Counted from the first letter of the stretch, positions 1 to 11,404 are shown. The stretch: DNA of 64,000 bases from Basidiobolus meristosporus CBS 931.73 (GCA_002104905.1 MCFE01000192.1:62001-126000); one strand, 5' to 3'. Program-made: numbers and translations. Notes: generated by a model from the letters alone, not told the origin.

Positions 1-1113
1 AACAGATTCGGCCGTAAGTGGACGCTTATATGCAACAATGCCTTCTTCATTGTCGGTGCTATCCTTGTTGCCACTGCTACCACCGTGGCTCAGTTCGTGG
101 CTGGCCGTGTGATCATCGGTATTGCTTGTGGTGCGGCCTCCGTAGTGGCCCCAATGTATGTTGCCGAGATCTCCACCAATGGAGCTCGTGGCATCCTCGG
201 AACCATGTACCAGCTTTTCACGGTGATTGGCATCTTGGTTGCCAACTGCGCCGGTATTGGATTGACCAGCGTTCCAGGATGGAGATACTTGTTCGGCATT
301 GCCATCTTCCCTCCCATCCTCCAAGTGATCCTTCTGTTGTTCTGTACTGAGTCGCCAGGATATCTGCTGTCCAAGAACAAGGTCGATGAGGCTAGGGTTG
401 CGTTGCAAAAGCTCCGCAGTGGATGCGTGATTGACAACGAGTTCAACGAGATGATCAGTGCTGCTCACAGTGAGGAAGGAAAGGAAGAGGCACTCAACAT
501 CGTCCAGGTGCTCAAGAACAGCCGTCTCTGCAAGCTCTTCATCGTTGCCATGATCATGCACGCCTACCAACAGCTCTCCGGCATCAACAGTGTCATCTTC
601 TACTCCACCAACATCTTCAACGACATCTTCGGTGTGGACAACTCCCAGTATGTCACAGTCGGTGTCGGGTGCCTCAACCTGGTGATGACCCTTGTCTCGG
701 TAGCCCTGATCGACCGTGTTGGCAGAAAGCCATTGTTGTACACCAGTGGTATTGGCATGTGCGTGTGCTCAGTGCTGATTGTGATTGCCTCCATCTATGG
801 GGTCAACACACTCATGGTTGTCGCTGTGATGCTCTTCGTGGCTACCTTCGCTGTCGGCCTTGGTCCAATCCCCTGGATGTTGATGCCTGAGCTCATTCCC
901 ACCTATGCCATCGGAGCTGCCAGCTCCACTGCCACTGCCGTCAACTGGCTGTTCAACTTTGTCATCGGTCAAACCTTCCCTCCAATGAAGGATGCACTTG
1001 GCAACTACTCCTTCCTTCCCTACGCTGTTATCTGTGCCCTTGGCATTGTGTATACCTTCTTCCTAGTCCCAGAAACCAAAGGACGCAACCCCAACGAAAT
1101 CCCCAGAGACTAA
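1..1113 (+). CDS. GLUT-like MFS sugar porter, copy 1 (5' end lies upstream of the window)
   Basis: Frame 1 is open from base 1 (NRFGRKWTL...) to TAA at 1111-1113. Sugar porter motifs present: QQLSGINSVIFYS, DRVGRK, GLGPIPW, VPETKG. Confidence 0.95.
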   Translation, partial: NRFGRKWTLICNNAFFIVGAILVATATTVAQFVAGRVIIGIACGAASVVAPMYVAEISTNGARGILGTMYQLFTVIGILVANCAGIGLTSVPGWRYLFGIAIFPPILQVILLLFCTESPGYLLSKNKVDEARVALQKLRSGCVIDNEFNEMISAAHSEEGKEEALNIVQVLKNSRLCKLFIVAMIMHAYQQLSGINSVIFYSTNIFNDIFGVDNSQYVTVGVGCLNLVMTLVSVALIDRVGRKPLLYTSGIGMCVCSVLIVIASIYGVNTLMVVAVMLFVATFAVGLGPIPWMLMPELIPTYAIGAASSTATAVNWLFNFVIGQTFPPMKDALGNYSFLPYAVICALGIVYTFFLVPETKGRNPNEIPRD

Positions 1114-1179
1114 GCATTACAGTAATTGGTTTTCATTGCATTCACTCACCATCATATCATAATACATCTGCGCTTGATT

Positions 1180-1192
1180 TATAAATAATAAA
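1180..1192 (+). terminator. Putative polyadenylation signal of copy 1
   Basis: TATAAATAATAAA about 67 nt after the stop codon; a related motif follows every transporter copy. Confidence 0.55.
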
Positions 1193-2789
1193 TTTGACAT
1201 TTCCATTCAGCTAATTAGAATTATTTTCTACGAGGCATAATAAATAACTACGATACTTATCTAACCTCTGTATATAACGATCTTAAGGTTGATAATATAA
1301 CACCGCGGCCATGTAAATTACCACATTACTATATTCGAGCACTTTAGATTTACATGGTCGCGTACACATAAGTTAGAATAGCACGTGTGTGAGGTGAAAG
1401 TGTAAGAAATCCCGAGAATACAAATTTCTGTACTCTAAAATTTATACATATTGGTAATCCCAGAAGTAATCATCTTCAGCAGTTAACAAACTTGGCACCA
1501 GCTGCATGATTGCACTTACCACTTTAGTCAATCTCCGCTATAAAAAGCCAATTATTCGTGAGGCATTCGCGACAACGAACCTCTTCCCAAACTTCTAGAG
1601 TCCGCAATCCGTTTAAGGAAATTCATGGGTAGCTACTCAGCATTTCATAGGGATTTTGGAACATCTTTTCAGAGCAGTTCGGACGTTCTATTATGGTTAA
1701 TCAATGCCTATAACTTGAATAATTGCCCACTTTCCTAGGTTTTGGTGGAGACAATAATTTACACTGAGGTATGAGATCTCTGGCTTCTCGAGACACCATA
1801 TTCTACGCCATCATATTCTAGGAAATGGCTCGGTGTAATTTGGATTCTGGCTAGGCTGTACTTTGCGATGGATTCACTTGTTCGTTGTCCTATACCATTT
1901 GAGCATCTTGAAACCATTTCAACATTGACCGCTCCGCTCCCAAATACCCCGAATCCGTGCTCATTAAGTCCTAAATTGGCAGAGATTATAGCCATCTTAC
2001 GTCTCCACATACCAATTGAAATATGGGCCATCAGTTTATTGGTGTTTGACCTAATTTGTTAGAGCTGGATTAGTCGGGAACTAGCTGGAGTAAAAGCATC
2101 TTCTACCTCTCCTGCCTAGCTCTCAGAGTCAAGTGAGCGTATTTCTGACGTGCCACAAGGTAGGTGTCCTGAATGTACTCTGCCAGCTCTCAGATTGACC
2201 TTTACTCGCGAGAAGCCATTCAAACTCTGGTAAACCAATATCTTGGATGGGATTCAAATTCCCTGGAATATCAAATCCCTCACTCAGTTCTGCCCTCGAA
2301 TCCAGATCGTATATCTAGAATATATGGATTTGGATGGAACATTCCATTGGTGAATCTTTACGGGCTCTGAGGTTTCACTCTTCCATAATGGAAATGGTTT
2401 CATTGGAAGCGGTGTTTCAGCGCCCGATTTGGGCACCTTTTCGATCGAGCGGTATTCGCGCTACCTGAGCATAGATTTGCTATTGGATTTTCGGGTACCG
2501 ACCCGCTTTTGGTGATGGAATTTATTTCTCGAGGCCCTCTGCTCGTATTGAGGTTGGTGCATTCACCCCGTTGGATGAGTGTCCAGAATTTAGGCCCTCG
2601 GTGGGTCGTATGGTAAGTTTAAAGTGGCCAAATCATCTATTTCGTGCCTCATATGAATTTAGTAACCGCTGAAAAATTCTAGATGACTATATTGAATAGA
2701 GATCGCGGTTAATCTAATGCACCCAAACAGGGGTGAGTTACCCTAGTGAGTCGGAGTTGGTAGCCGAAAAAGTGCAGTCGAAATCCCCT

Positions 2790-2797
2790 TATAAATA
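2790..2797 (+). promoter_or_regulatory. TATA box of hexokinase
   Basis: TATAAATA 50 nt before gccATG at 2847; similar spacing to the TATA boxes of the transporter genes. Confidence 0.6.
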
Positions 2798-2846
2798 CAT
2801 CATGGCTCGCGGCGTTGAAGGCAGATCAAATCCAAATACCTCCGCC

Positions 2847-4235
2847 ATGTCTCCAATCACCCTTAGCGAGAATCAAATGTCTGCCTTGGTTGAGCTTGAA
2901 TCCCAATTCAAGCTCTCCGAACAGAAGCTCAGAGAGATCGTGGATGCTTTCATCTGTGACATGGAAAAGGGCCTAGCTACTCCAGGCAGAGATATGGCCA
3001 TGATTCCTTCTTTCGTTACTGGACGTCCCACCGGTCAAGAAACTGGTTCGTATTTGGCTTTGGATCTTGGAGGTACTAACTTCCGTGTGTGCTTGGTTGA
3101 ATTAAAGGGAAACAGCGATTTTTCCATCTCTCAACACAAGTACACTGTTTCGGATGAGTTGAAGAGCGGTGACGGTAAACTCTTGTTCGACTTCTTTGCC
3201 AAGTGCATTGATGATTTCATCACCCTCCGCCCCGAGACTGAAGATCTTCGTCATGCTCCACTTATTCCTCTTGGCTTCACTTTCTCATTCCCTATCAACC
3301 AGACCGCTATCAACCGCGGTAAGCTCTTATGCTGGACTAAGAGCTTCACCGCTACCAATGTTGTGGGTCATGATGTAGCTCAATTGCTGCAGGACGCCTT
3401 GAATCGTAGACACATGAGCAACATTAAGGTTGCTGCCCTGGTCAACGATACCGTCGGAACTATGTTGGCAGCCGCCTATGCCGAGCCCTCGACCAGTGTT
3501 GGAGTCATCTTTGGTACTGGTACCAATACTGCTTACATCGAGCGCATTGAGAACATCCCTAAATGGCAAGGATCCATGGAGGACGCAGAGATGGCCATCA
3601 ACATGGAATGGGGGGCCTTCGGTAATGACAAGAAGGTTCTTCCAGTTACACAGTACGACAACCGTCTGGACAACTCATCACCTGAGCCATTCCACCAGGT
3701 GTTCGAGAAGATGATTTCCGGACTGTACCTTGGTGAGATTACTCGTAACATCCTGATCGACTTGATCGACAGAAACATCCTCTTCAGAGCACGCTGCTCG
3801 GTGGAGATGAACCAACCCTTCAACTTTGACACAGCTTATGTGTCATCGATCATCTCCGATAACAGTGCGGATTTGGAGGAAATCAAGTTGATTCTAGAGA
3901 ACACCATGGGAATCCCTGAGACCACTGCTAGCGATCGCCAGTTGGTCAAGTCGGTCGCCCAGTTGGTAGCTGAGCGTGCAGCTCAATTGAGTGGTGCCGC
4001 ATTGTCTGCCGTTCTTCTCAAGAGAAAGGATCTCCTTACTCAACAAGTGACCGTTGGTGTCGATGGTAGCGTGTTCCAGTTCCTTCCAGGCTTCTCGGAA
4101 CAATTGAAGAAGTGTTTGACCCAAATCCTTGGTGAGGAATTCGCCAGCAATGTCAAGACCGCCATGGCTAAGGATGGTAGCGGCGTCGGAGCCGCCTTGA
4201 CCGCTATGATGGCCTGTAAAAAATCCGCCAACTAG
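2847..4235 (+). CDS. HXK: Hexokinase, intronless, about 462 aa
   Basis: Motifs LALDLGGTNFRV, LGFTFSFP, VNDTVGT, GVIFGTGTN, INMEWGAF, FEKMISGLYLGE, DGSVF, DGSGVGAA. Start placed at ATG 2847 (Kozak-like, downstream of the TATA box); ATG 2802 is an in-frame alternative. Confidence 0.95.
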   Translation: MSPITLSENQMSALVELESQFKLSEQKLREIVDAFICDMEKGLATPGRDMAMIPSFVTGRPTGQETGSYLALDLGGTNFRVCLVELKGNSDFSISQHKYTVSDELKSGDGKLLFDFFAKCIDDFITLRPETEDLRHAPLIPLGFTFSFPINQTAINRGKLLCWTKSFTATNVVGHDVAQLLQDALNRRHMSNIKVAALVNDTVGTMLAAAYAEPSTSVGVIFGTGTNTAYIERIENIPKWQGSMEDAEMAINMEWGAFGNDKKVLPVTQYDNRLDNSSPEPFHQVFEKMISGLYLGEITRNILIDLIDRNILFRARCSVEMNQPFNFDTAYVSSIISDNSADLEEIKLILENTMGIPETTASDRQLVKSVAQLVAERAAQLSGAALSAVLLKRKDLLTQQVTVGVDGSVFQFLPGFSEQLKKCLTQILGEEFASNVKTAMAKDGSGVGAALTAMMACKKSAN

Positions 4236-4539
4236 ATTCGAGCTCATTCCCAATTTTGTCACGTCATTCCTAATTTTCCAATATGAAAATTACCTTTCAT
4301 ATGTAATATATTTCAATAAAGTCTAGATTGATCGATACCCCGAGTGACCAGTAATTTACGTAAGTGCAAATTTGTGGTTCAGTCACCAAGTGTCGCACGT
4401 GGAATTAAGCGGGATGGTGTATAGACCTGCCAACTATACGGATTTACACACGCTTTTGTTATCAGTGTCCATACTTAGGTCCCGAGTATTATGTAAGATC
4501 GTCATGTGTCAAGTATTTGCACTTTTCTATACAGGTTAA

Positions 4540-4768
4540 AGGTATCAAAGAGATCAGCCGAAGTTCAACAGCTTCACAATGAGCAGACAGAAGCGATCAC
4601 AATAAGCCATGCAAAAATATACTTCAACACCATTGGTATACAGGGATACCTTTCTTCCAATACGGCAAAAGAGGGTCATCAACAGATCGAGGCATCCAAC
4701 GTCAACTATGACATATTGTGACCCGATTGCCCCGAAGATATCGTTGAAACTGGATGAAGTAGAGAATG
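4540..4768 (-). pseudogene. Degraded sugar porter fragment (TM7-TM10 region)
   Basis: FNDIFGAIGSQYVIVDVGCLDLLMTL..RIGRK aligns to FNDIFGVDNSQYVTVGVGCLNLVMTL..RVGRK of the intact copies, with deletions and no start. Confidence 0.8.
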
Positions 4769-5496
4769 CCAATGTTACAATAGGCGTACAACAAAGACCT
4801 TTTCACCGTACAAAACGCCAATGTCCAGTTTGTATACGTTTGAAAAGATGCCGCCAAAACCAGATACGAATACACTCAGATCATACATTAAAGTCACCGA
4901 AAAGCAAACGCCTACATCAGATACAAGTTCCGAAATAAAGGAATCCCAGTGGTGTTAGTGGTAAAATGGTCACTCTGGCGAAGAGGCTATTGGACAGTGT
5001 AGTTTTTTTAGTACTATTTCTCTGGGTCATCGTTGATGGCGCGAATAGCCAAGTCCTACACCATAGACGCTTAGGGGTAAGCGGGTGGGTCAGTATTGGT
5101 AAAGGTTTGATATGTTTCAGTTAAGAACCAGAAGATTGAACACGTTCATATAGTGGTCCAAGTTGAGCCAATTTTCCAGAATTAATATCATACTGGTATC
5201 TAGACAGAAACAATGTCCATCAATTCCAACTCGATCAAATCATTGCTTGCGGAATCGTGATCGAGTAATTTATGTGAAGTAAATTCTGTAATAAACTTAG
5301 GATATCCGACTCCATGGATGTGTAAATGAAAGTGCCATTGGTGAACATCGCATGAACAAGGGAGATGTGACATGTGAGTGGAAATCACTATCGCCATGCC
5401 AATAATAGTAGAACCAATTTCCACATGTACTGGGAGAGTAAACTCAATGTTTCCAGATATCAGCGGTCGACCTCACCAATTGAAGATTGGTAAGTG

Positions 5497-5509
5497 TTTA
5501 TTATATACA
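5497..5509 (-). terminator. Putative polyadenylation signal, copy 2
   Basis: TGTATATAATAAA on the minus strand, downstream of the stop codon. Confidence 0.55.
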
Positions 5510-5575
5510 ATGTGATTATTTCCGAAGATGATAGGTAGAGGATGGGTTATATCAGGGGGTTATTCCACGAAATAT

Positions 5576-6985
5576 TTACTCCTTGACCATCTCATTTGGG
5601 TTGCGACCCTTGGTCTCAGGGACAAGGAAGAAGGTGTACGCAATACCAAGGGCACAAATAACTGCATAGGGAAGGAAAGAGTAGTCACCAAGTGCGTCCT
5701 TCATTGGAGGGAAGGTTTGACCGATGACAAAGTTGAACAGCCAGTTGACGGCAGTGGCAGTGGAGCTGGCAGCTCCGATGGCATAGGTGGGAATGAGCTC
5801 AGGCATCAACATCCAGGGGATTGGACCAAGGCCGACAGCGAAGGTGGCCACAAAGAGCATCACAGCGACAACCATGAGTGTGTTGACCCCATAGATGGAG
5901 GCAATCACAATCAGCACTGAGCACACGCACATCCCAATACCACTGGTGTACAACAATGGCTTTCTGCCAACACGGTCGATCAGGGCTACCGAGACGAGGG
6001 TCATCACCAGGTTGAGGCACCCGACACCGACTGTGACATACTGGGAGTTGTCCACACCGAAGATGTCGTTGAAGATGTTGGTGGAGTAGAAGATGACACT
6101 GTTGATGCCGGAGAGCTGTTGGTAGGCGTGCATGATCATGGCAACGATGAAGAGCTTGCGAAGTCTGAAGTTCTTGAGCACCTGGACAATGTTGAGTGTG
6201 TCCTCCTTGCTCTCCTCACTGCGAGCTGCGCTGGTCAGCTCGTTGAACTCGTTGTCAATCACACATCCGCTGCGGAGCTTTTGCAGGGCAATTCTGGCCT
6301 CGTCGACCTTGTTCTTGGACAAGAGATAGCCTGGGGTCTCAGTGCAGAATGGCAACAGGATCACTTGGAGGATGGGAGGGAAGATGGCAATGCCGAACAA
6401 GTATCTCCATCCTGGAACACTGGTCAACCCGAGACCAGCACAGTTGGCAGCCAAGATACCGATGACCATGAACAGCTGGTACATGGTACCGAGGATACCA
6501 CGAGCACCTGAGGTGGAGATCTCGGCAACATACATCGGGGCGACCACAGAGCCAGCACCGCAAGCAATACCAATGATCACACGACCGGCCACGAACTGGG
6601 CCACGGTGGTAGCAGTGGCCACGAGGATGGCACCAGCGATGAAGAAGAAGTTGTTGAACAGCAGGGTCCACTTACGGCCGAATCTGTTGGCAGCTGGACC
6701 GGCACTGAGGCCACCAACGAGACCACCAATGGCGAGGATACCCACGGCAAGGCCCCAAGTACCAGACGACATGGGAAGACAGGCAGGGAGGCCACCATCA
6801 CCATGGGCACTCATGTCACAGTTTCTGATGACTGACTCGGGAGTGTTGGGGGCGGCACTATTGAATCCAGCGGCGAATGAAGCCAAGGCAGCGGTGATGC
6901 CGCACAACCAAATGTAAGGAGTAAACTTGACATCCTTGGAATCACAAGTAGTGATATCGGAGTTATGAATTTTTTTGTCGGTCAT
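5576..6985 (-). CDS. GLUT-like sugar porter, copy 2 (469 aa)
   Basis: Full-length intronless ORF; start set at MTDKK (6985) to match the paralogs and the TATA box position. Confidence 0.96.
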   Translation of the reverse strand: MTDKKIHNSDITTCDSKDVKFTPYIWLCGITAALASFAAGFNSAAPNTPESVIRNCDMSAHGDGGLPACLPMSSGTWGLAVGILAIGGLVGGLSAGPAANRFGRKWTLLFNNFFFIAGAILVATATTVAQFVAGRVIIGIACGAGSVVAPMYVAEISTSGARGILGTMYQLFMVIGILAANCAGLGLTSVPGWRYLFGIAIFPPILQVILLPFCTETPGYLLSKNKVDEARIALQKLRSGCVIDNEFNELTSAARSEESKEDTLNIVQVLKNFRLRKLFIVAMIMHAYQQLSGINSVIFYSTNIFNDIFGVDNSQYVTVGVGCLNLVMTLVSVALIDRVGRKPLLYTSGIGMCVCSVLIVIASIYGVNTLMVVAVMLFVATFAVGLGPIPWMLMPELIPTYAIGAASSTATAVNWLFNFVIGQTFPPMKDALGDYSFLPYAVICALGIAYTFFLVPETKGRNPNEMVKE

Positions 6986-7038
6986 AAATGTAAGGATAAA
7001 TAATATTGGATGATGCACCTAACGGCGATGCATACTTG

Positions 7039-7046
7039 TATTTATA
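7039..7046 (-). promoter_or_regulatory. TATA box, copy 2
   Basis: TATAAATA 54 nt upstream of the ATG. Confidence 0.6.
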
Positions 7047-7697
7047 CTGTGGGATGTGGAGGAGGATGGAAGCTAGAACACATCATCATAGTAGCACAAG
7101 CTGAATAGTGCTTTCGAAGCAAACAGATATTTGGCATCGGCTCATCTTCAATATCAACAAAAGGGGTAATCATTGGATCAGTATGGAAGCTGGTGTTCGC
7201 GAATCTCGAAAGGATGGTGAATGCAAAATAATGATCAAATCAAACCTTATTGAACCCCGATTCAGATATCCATCCCAAGTTGGTTATTGTCTCATTTAGC
7301 TACTTCAAAAACTCTCCAAAGCTACATATCAGGGGGGAACAAAGTTCCATCAAGGAGAATAAAATATATTAGCGTAAATAACAGCCAAAAGGTCAATATT
7401 ACCTCCGAAACTAGAACTGATAGCATCAGACGCTGGGGCATAAGTCTAAATGTTTCTGGAGAACGCTTCGATTGGTTGCAGGGATGGTGTGGATGAATTA
7501 GACATATTAACCGAGAGGCAATACATTCAATTTGTTGAGCGACCAATATCTGGATATGATGTTATTTCGAAATTTAGTGGAAAATTGTCTGAAAATCAAC
7601 CATCATTGTTACGTTTTCCCACGAATTATTAGTAAAGGCTCAAATCGGTGCCATAGAAAATCATTCAAGAGCACACAAAAAGTGGGTGCGAAGTGTG

Positions 7698-7710
7698 TTT
7701 ATTATGTACA
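7698..7710 (-). terminator. Putative polyadenylation signal, copy 3
   Basis: TGTACATAATAAA on the minus strand. Confidence 0.55.
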
Positions 7711-7789
7711 ATGCTAATGTTTCCAACCACGGTAGACGATGGGTGGAGTTAGGTAAAGAAGTTCGTTGTATAAAACATTTAGCAATCAA

Positions 7790-9199
7790 TTACTCCTTAA
7801 CCATCTCATTAGGGTTACGACCCTTAGTCTCAGGGACCAGGAAGAAGGTGTACGCAATGCCAAGGGCACAAATGACTGCATAGGGAAGGAAAGAGTAGTC
7901 ACCAAGTGCGTCCTTCATTGGAGGGAAGGTTTGACCGATGACAAAGTTGAACAGCCAGTTGACGGCAGTGGCAGTGGAGCTGGCAGCTCCGATGGCATAG
8001 GTGGGAATGAGCTCAGGCATCAACATCCAGGGGATGGGACCAAGGCCGACAGCGAAGGTGGCCACAAAGAGCATCACAGCGACAACCATGAGTGTGTTGA
8101 CCCCATAGATGGAGGCAATCACGATCAGCACTGAGCACACACACATGCCAATACCACTGATGTACAGCAATGGCTTTCTGCCAACACGGTCGATCAGGGC
8201 TACCGAGACGAGGGTCATCACCAGGTTGAGGCACCCGACACCGACTGTGACATACTGGGAGTTGTCCACACCGAAGATGTCGTTGAAGATGTTGGTGGAG
8301 TAGAAGATGACACTGTTGATGCCGGAGAGCTGTTGGTAGGCGTGCATGATCATGGCAACGATGAAGAGCTTGCGAAGTCTGAAGTTCTTGAGCACCTGGA
8401 CAATGTTGAGTGTGTCCTCCTTGCTCTCCTCACTGCGAGCTGCGCTGGTCAGCTCGTTGAACTCGTTGTCAATCACACATCCGCTGCGGAGCTTTTGCAG
8501 GGCAATTCTGGCCTCGTCGACCTTGTTCTTGGACAAGAGATAGCCTGGGGTCTCAGTGCAGAATGGCAACAGGATCACTTGGAGGATGGGAGGGAAGATG
8601 GCAATGCCGAACAAGTATCTCCATCCTGGAACACTGGTCAACCCGAGACCAGCACAGTTGGCAGCCAAGATACCGATGACCATGAACAGCTGGTACATGG
8701 TACCGAGGATACCACGAGCACCTGAGGTGGAGATCTCGGCAACATACATCGGGGCGACCACAGAGCCAGCACCGCAAGCAATACCAATGATCACACGACC
8801 GGCCACGAACTGGGCCACGGTGGTGGCAGTGGCCACGAGGATGGCACCAGCGATGAAGAAGAAGTTGTTGAACAGCAGGGTCCACTTACGGCCGAATCTG
8901 TTGGCAGCTGGACCGGCACTGAGGCCACCCACGAGACCACCAATGGCAAGGATACCCACGGCAAGGCCCCAAGTACCAGACGACATGGGAAGACAGGCAG
9001 GGAGGCCACCATCACCATGGGCACTCATGTCACAGTTTCTGATGACTGACTCGGGAGTGTTGGGGGCGGCGCTATTGAATCCAGCGGCGAATGAAGCCAA
9101 GGCAGCGGTGATGCCGCACAACCAAATGTAAGGAGTAAACTTGACATCCTTGGAATCACAAGTAGTGATATCGGAGTTATGATTTTTCTTGTCGGTCAT
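7790..9199 (-). CDS. GLUT-like sugar porter, copy 3 (469 aa)
   Basis: Intact ORF, near-identical to copy 2. Confidence 0.96.
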   Translation of the reverse strand: MTDKKNHNSDITTCDSKDVKFTPYIWLCGITAALASFAAGFNSAAPNTPESVIRNCDMSAHGDGGLPACLPMSSGTWGLAVGILAIGGLVGGLSAGPAANRFGRKWTLLFNNFFFIAGAILVATATTVAQFVAGRVIIGIACGAGSVVAPMYVAEISTSGARGILGTMYQLFMVIGILAANCAGLGLTSVPGWRYLFGIAIFPPILQVILLPFCTETPGYLLSKNKVDEARIALQKLRSGCVIDNEFNELTSAARSEESKEDTLNIVQVLKNFRLRKLFIVAMIMHAYQQLSGINSVIFYSTNIFNDIFGVDNSQYVTVGVGCLNLVMTLVSVALIDRVGRKPLLYISGIGMCVCSVLIVIASIYGVNTLMVVAVMLFVATFAVGLGPIPWMLMPELIPTYAIGAASSTATAVNWLFNFVIGQTFPPMKDALGDYSFLPYAVICALGIAYTFFLVPETKGRNPNEMVKE

Positions 9200-9255
9200 A
9201 TTTGAAACCTAGATCTGAAGTATTTTGATTGATACTCAGATTAGAGTTGATGGGA

Positions 9256-9263
9256 TATTTATA
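9256..9263 (-). promoter_or_regulatory. TATA box, copy 3
   Basis: TATAAATA 57 nt upstream of the ATG. Confidence 0.6.
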
Positions 9264-9926
9264 TGCATGAGTGCGTAGTGTCCAGGTACTAGAATGTGTT
9301 ATCGCGATTGAATTAACTACTTATCTAACTGATGGGCGATCTAATCATGCCATTTGTGAACATTTCTAGAATTGCTTGTTGCGGAGTAGTGAGACACTAT
9401 AGCTCCAGGCTACAAGTCCCTATACGAAATGAAACAAGCATTTTAAACATATCCGGTGCTACTTCACTGGGCGCTTGTAAGGTCAAGCCCAAGTGATAAA
9501 TAAGGTAACCACCATATTCAGACCCCACGAACAGAGAAATCCAGACCAATTTGAAACCTACCAAAATTTCTGGGTTAAATGCGTCTGCCCATTAAACAAC
9601 CCAGTCAAATTTGAACACTTGAAGCTACCAACGCTGGATGATCGAGGAACAATGGATTTGGAATACAATTGTTTGTTGCGGCAAATTTTCGGAGCGATTC
9701 GAGGAATGCTACAATTTAGGGATTAATGCTGATTTAGAGGAGCCACTAGGCCAGATGCGCGCACGTTAGCCCAACACATGGTGCAAAAGAGTTCAACTTT
9801 GATCCTGCTGATCAAAATCTCCATTGCAGAAATACAGATCTATTATACTAGGTGTACACGATTAAAAATCAATGATTTGACACAATAGAAATTGCAATTG
9901 ATGTATGGCTGGTGAGATATTTGTGA

Positions 9927-9939
9927 TTTATTATGTACA
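9927..9939 (-). terminator. Putative polyadenylation signal, copy 4
   Basis: TGTACATAATAAA on the minus strand. Confidence 0.55.
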
Positions 9940-9994
9940 TTAAATCATTAATTATTAGTGCAGTAACAAAGTGATGAGTTGGTGGGTAAGATAT

Positions 9995-11404
9995 TTACTC
10001 CTTCACCATCTCATTAGGGTTACGACCCTTAGTCTCAGGGACCAGGAAGAAGGTGTACGCAATGCCAAGGGCACAAATGACTGCATAGGGAAGGAAAGAG
10101 TAGTCACCAAGTGCGTCCTTCATTGGAGGGAAGGTTTGGCCAATGACAAAGTTGAACAGCCAGTTGACGGCAGTGGCAGTGGAGCTGGCAGCTCCGATGG
10201 CATAGGTGGGAATGAGCTCAGGCATCAACATCCAGGGGATGGGACCAAGGCCGACAGCGAAGGTAGCCACAAAGAGCATCACAGCGACAACCATGAGTGT
10301 GTTGACCCCATAGATGGAGGCAATCACGATCAGCACTGAGCACACGCACATGCCAATACCACTGGTGTACAACAATGGCTTTCTGCCAACACGGTCGATC
10401 AGGGCTACCGAGACGAGGGTCATCACCAGGTTGAGGCACCCGACACCGACTGTGACATACTGTGAGTTGTCCACACCGAAGATGTCGTTGAAGATGTTGG
10501 TGGAGTAGAAGATGACACTGTTGATGCCGGAGAGCTGTTGGTAGGCGTGCATGATCATGGCAACGATGAAGAGCTTGCGAAGTCTGAAGTTCTTGAGCAC
10601 CTGGACAATGTTGAGTGTGTCCTCCTTGCTCTCCTCACTGCGAGCTGCGCTGGTCAGCTCGTTGAACTCGTTGTCGATCACACATCCGCTGCGGAGCTTT
10701 TGCAGGGCAATTCTGGCCTCGTCGACCTTGTTCTTGGACAAGAGGTAGCCTGGGGTCTCAGTGCAGAATGGCAACAGGATCACTTGGAGGATGGGAGGGA
10801 AGATGGCAATGCCGAACAAGTATCTCCATCCTGGAACACTGGTCAACCCAAGGCCGGCACAGTTGGCAGCCAAGATACCGATGACCATGAACAGCTGGTA
10901 CATGGTACCGAGGATACCACGAGCACCTGAGGTGGAGATCTCGGCAACATACATCGGGGCGACCACAGAGCCAGCACCGCAAGCAATACCAATGATCACA
11001 CGACCGGCCACGAACTGGGCCACGGTGGTGGCAGTGGCCACGAGGATGGCACCAGCGATGAAGAAGAAGTTGTTGAACAGCAGGGTCCACTTACGGCCGA
11101 ATCTGTTGGCAGCTGGGCCGGCACTGAGGCCACCAACGAGACCACCAATGGCGAGGATACCTACGGCAAGGCCCCAAGTACCAGACGACATGGGAAGACA
11201 GGCAGGGAGGCCACCATCACCATGGGCACTCATGTCACAGTTTCTGATGACTGACTCGGGAGTGTTGGGGGCGGCGCTATTGAATCCAGCGGCGAATGAA
11301 GCCAAGGCAGCGGTGATACCGCACAGCCAAATGTAAGGAGTGAACTTGACATCCTTGGAATCACAAGTAGTGATATCGGAGTTATGATTTTTCTTGTCGG
11401 TCAT
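9995..11404 (-). CDS. GLUT-like sugar porter, copy 4 (469 aa)
   Basis: Intact ORF, near-identical to copies 2 and 3. Confidence 0.96.
   Translation of the reverse strand: MTDKKNHNSDITTCDSKDVKFTPYIWLCGITAALASFAAGFNSAAPNTPESVIRNCDMSAHGDGGLPACLPMSSGTWGLAVGILAIGGLVGGLSAGPAANRFGRKWTLLFNNFFFIAGAILVATATTVAQFVAGRVIIGIACGAGSVVAPMYVAEISTSGARGILGTMYQLFMVIGILAANCAGLGLTSVPGWRYLFGIAIFPPILQVILLPFCTETPGYLLSKNKVDEARIALQKLRSGCVIDNEFNELTSAARSEESKEDTLNIVQVLKNFRLRKLFIVAMIMHAYQQLSGINSVIFYSTNIFNDIFGVDNSQYVTVGVGCLNLVMTLVSVALIDRVGRKPLLYTSGIGMCVCSVLIVIASIYGVNTLMVVAVMLFVATFAVGLGPIPWMLMPELIPTYAIGAASSTATAVNWLFNFVIGQTFPPMKDALGDYSFLPYAVICALGIAYTFFLVPETKGRNPNEMVKE

Noticed and set aside
2733-2846. N-terminal extension of hexokinase from GTG 2733 or ATG 2802
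   Set aside because: The TATA box at 2790 lies inside or just before this stretch and there is no hexokinase similarity; ATG 2847 fits better.
5340-5490. Possible third transporter relic
   Set aside because: Only short scattered matches; not distinguishable from chance by eye.
6342-6917. 191-aa, 130-aa, 110-aa, 73-aa and similar ORFs repeated antisense to or out of frame with every transporter copy
   Set aside because: These are shadows of a codon-biased CDS. They recur only because the CDS is repeated, and they are truncated or altered in copies 1 and 8.
6986-7018. 11-aa extension (MHHPILFILTF) of copy 2
   Set aside because: Absent in the paralogs and too close to the TATA box to be safely inside the transcript.
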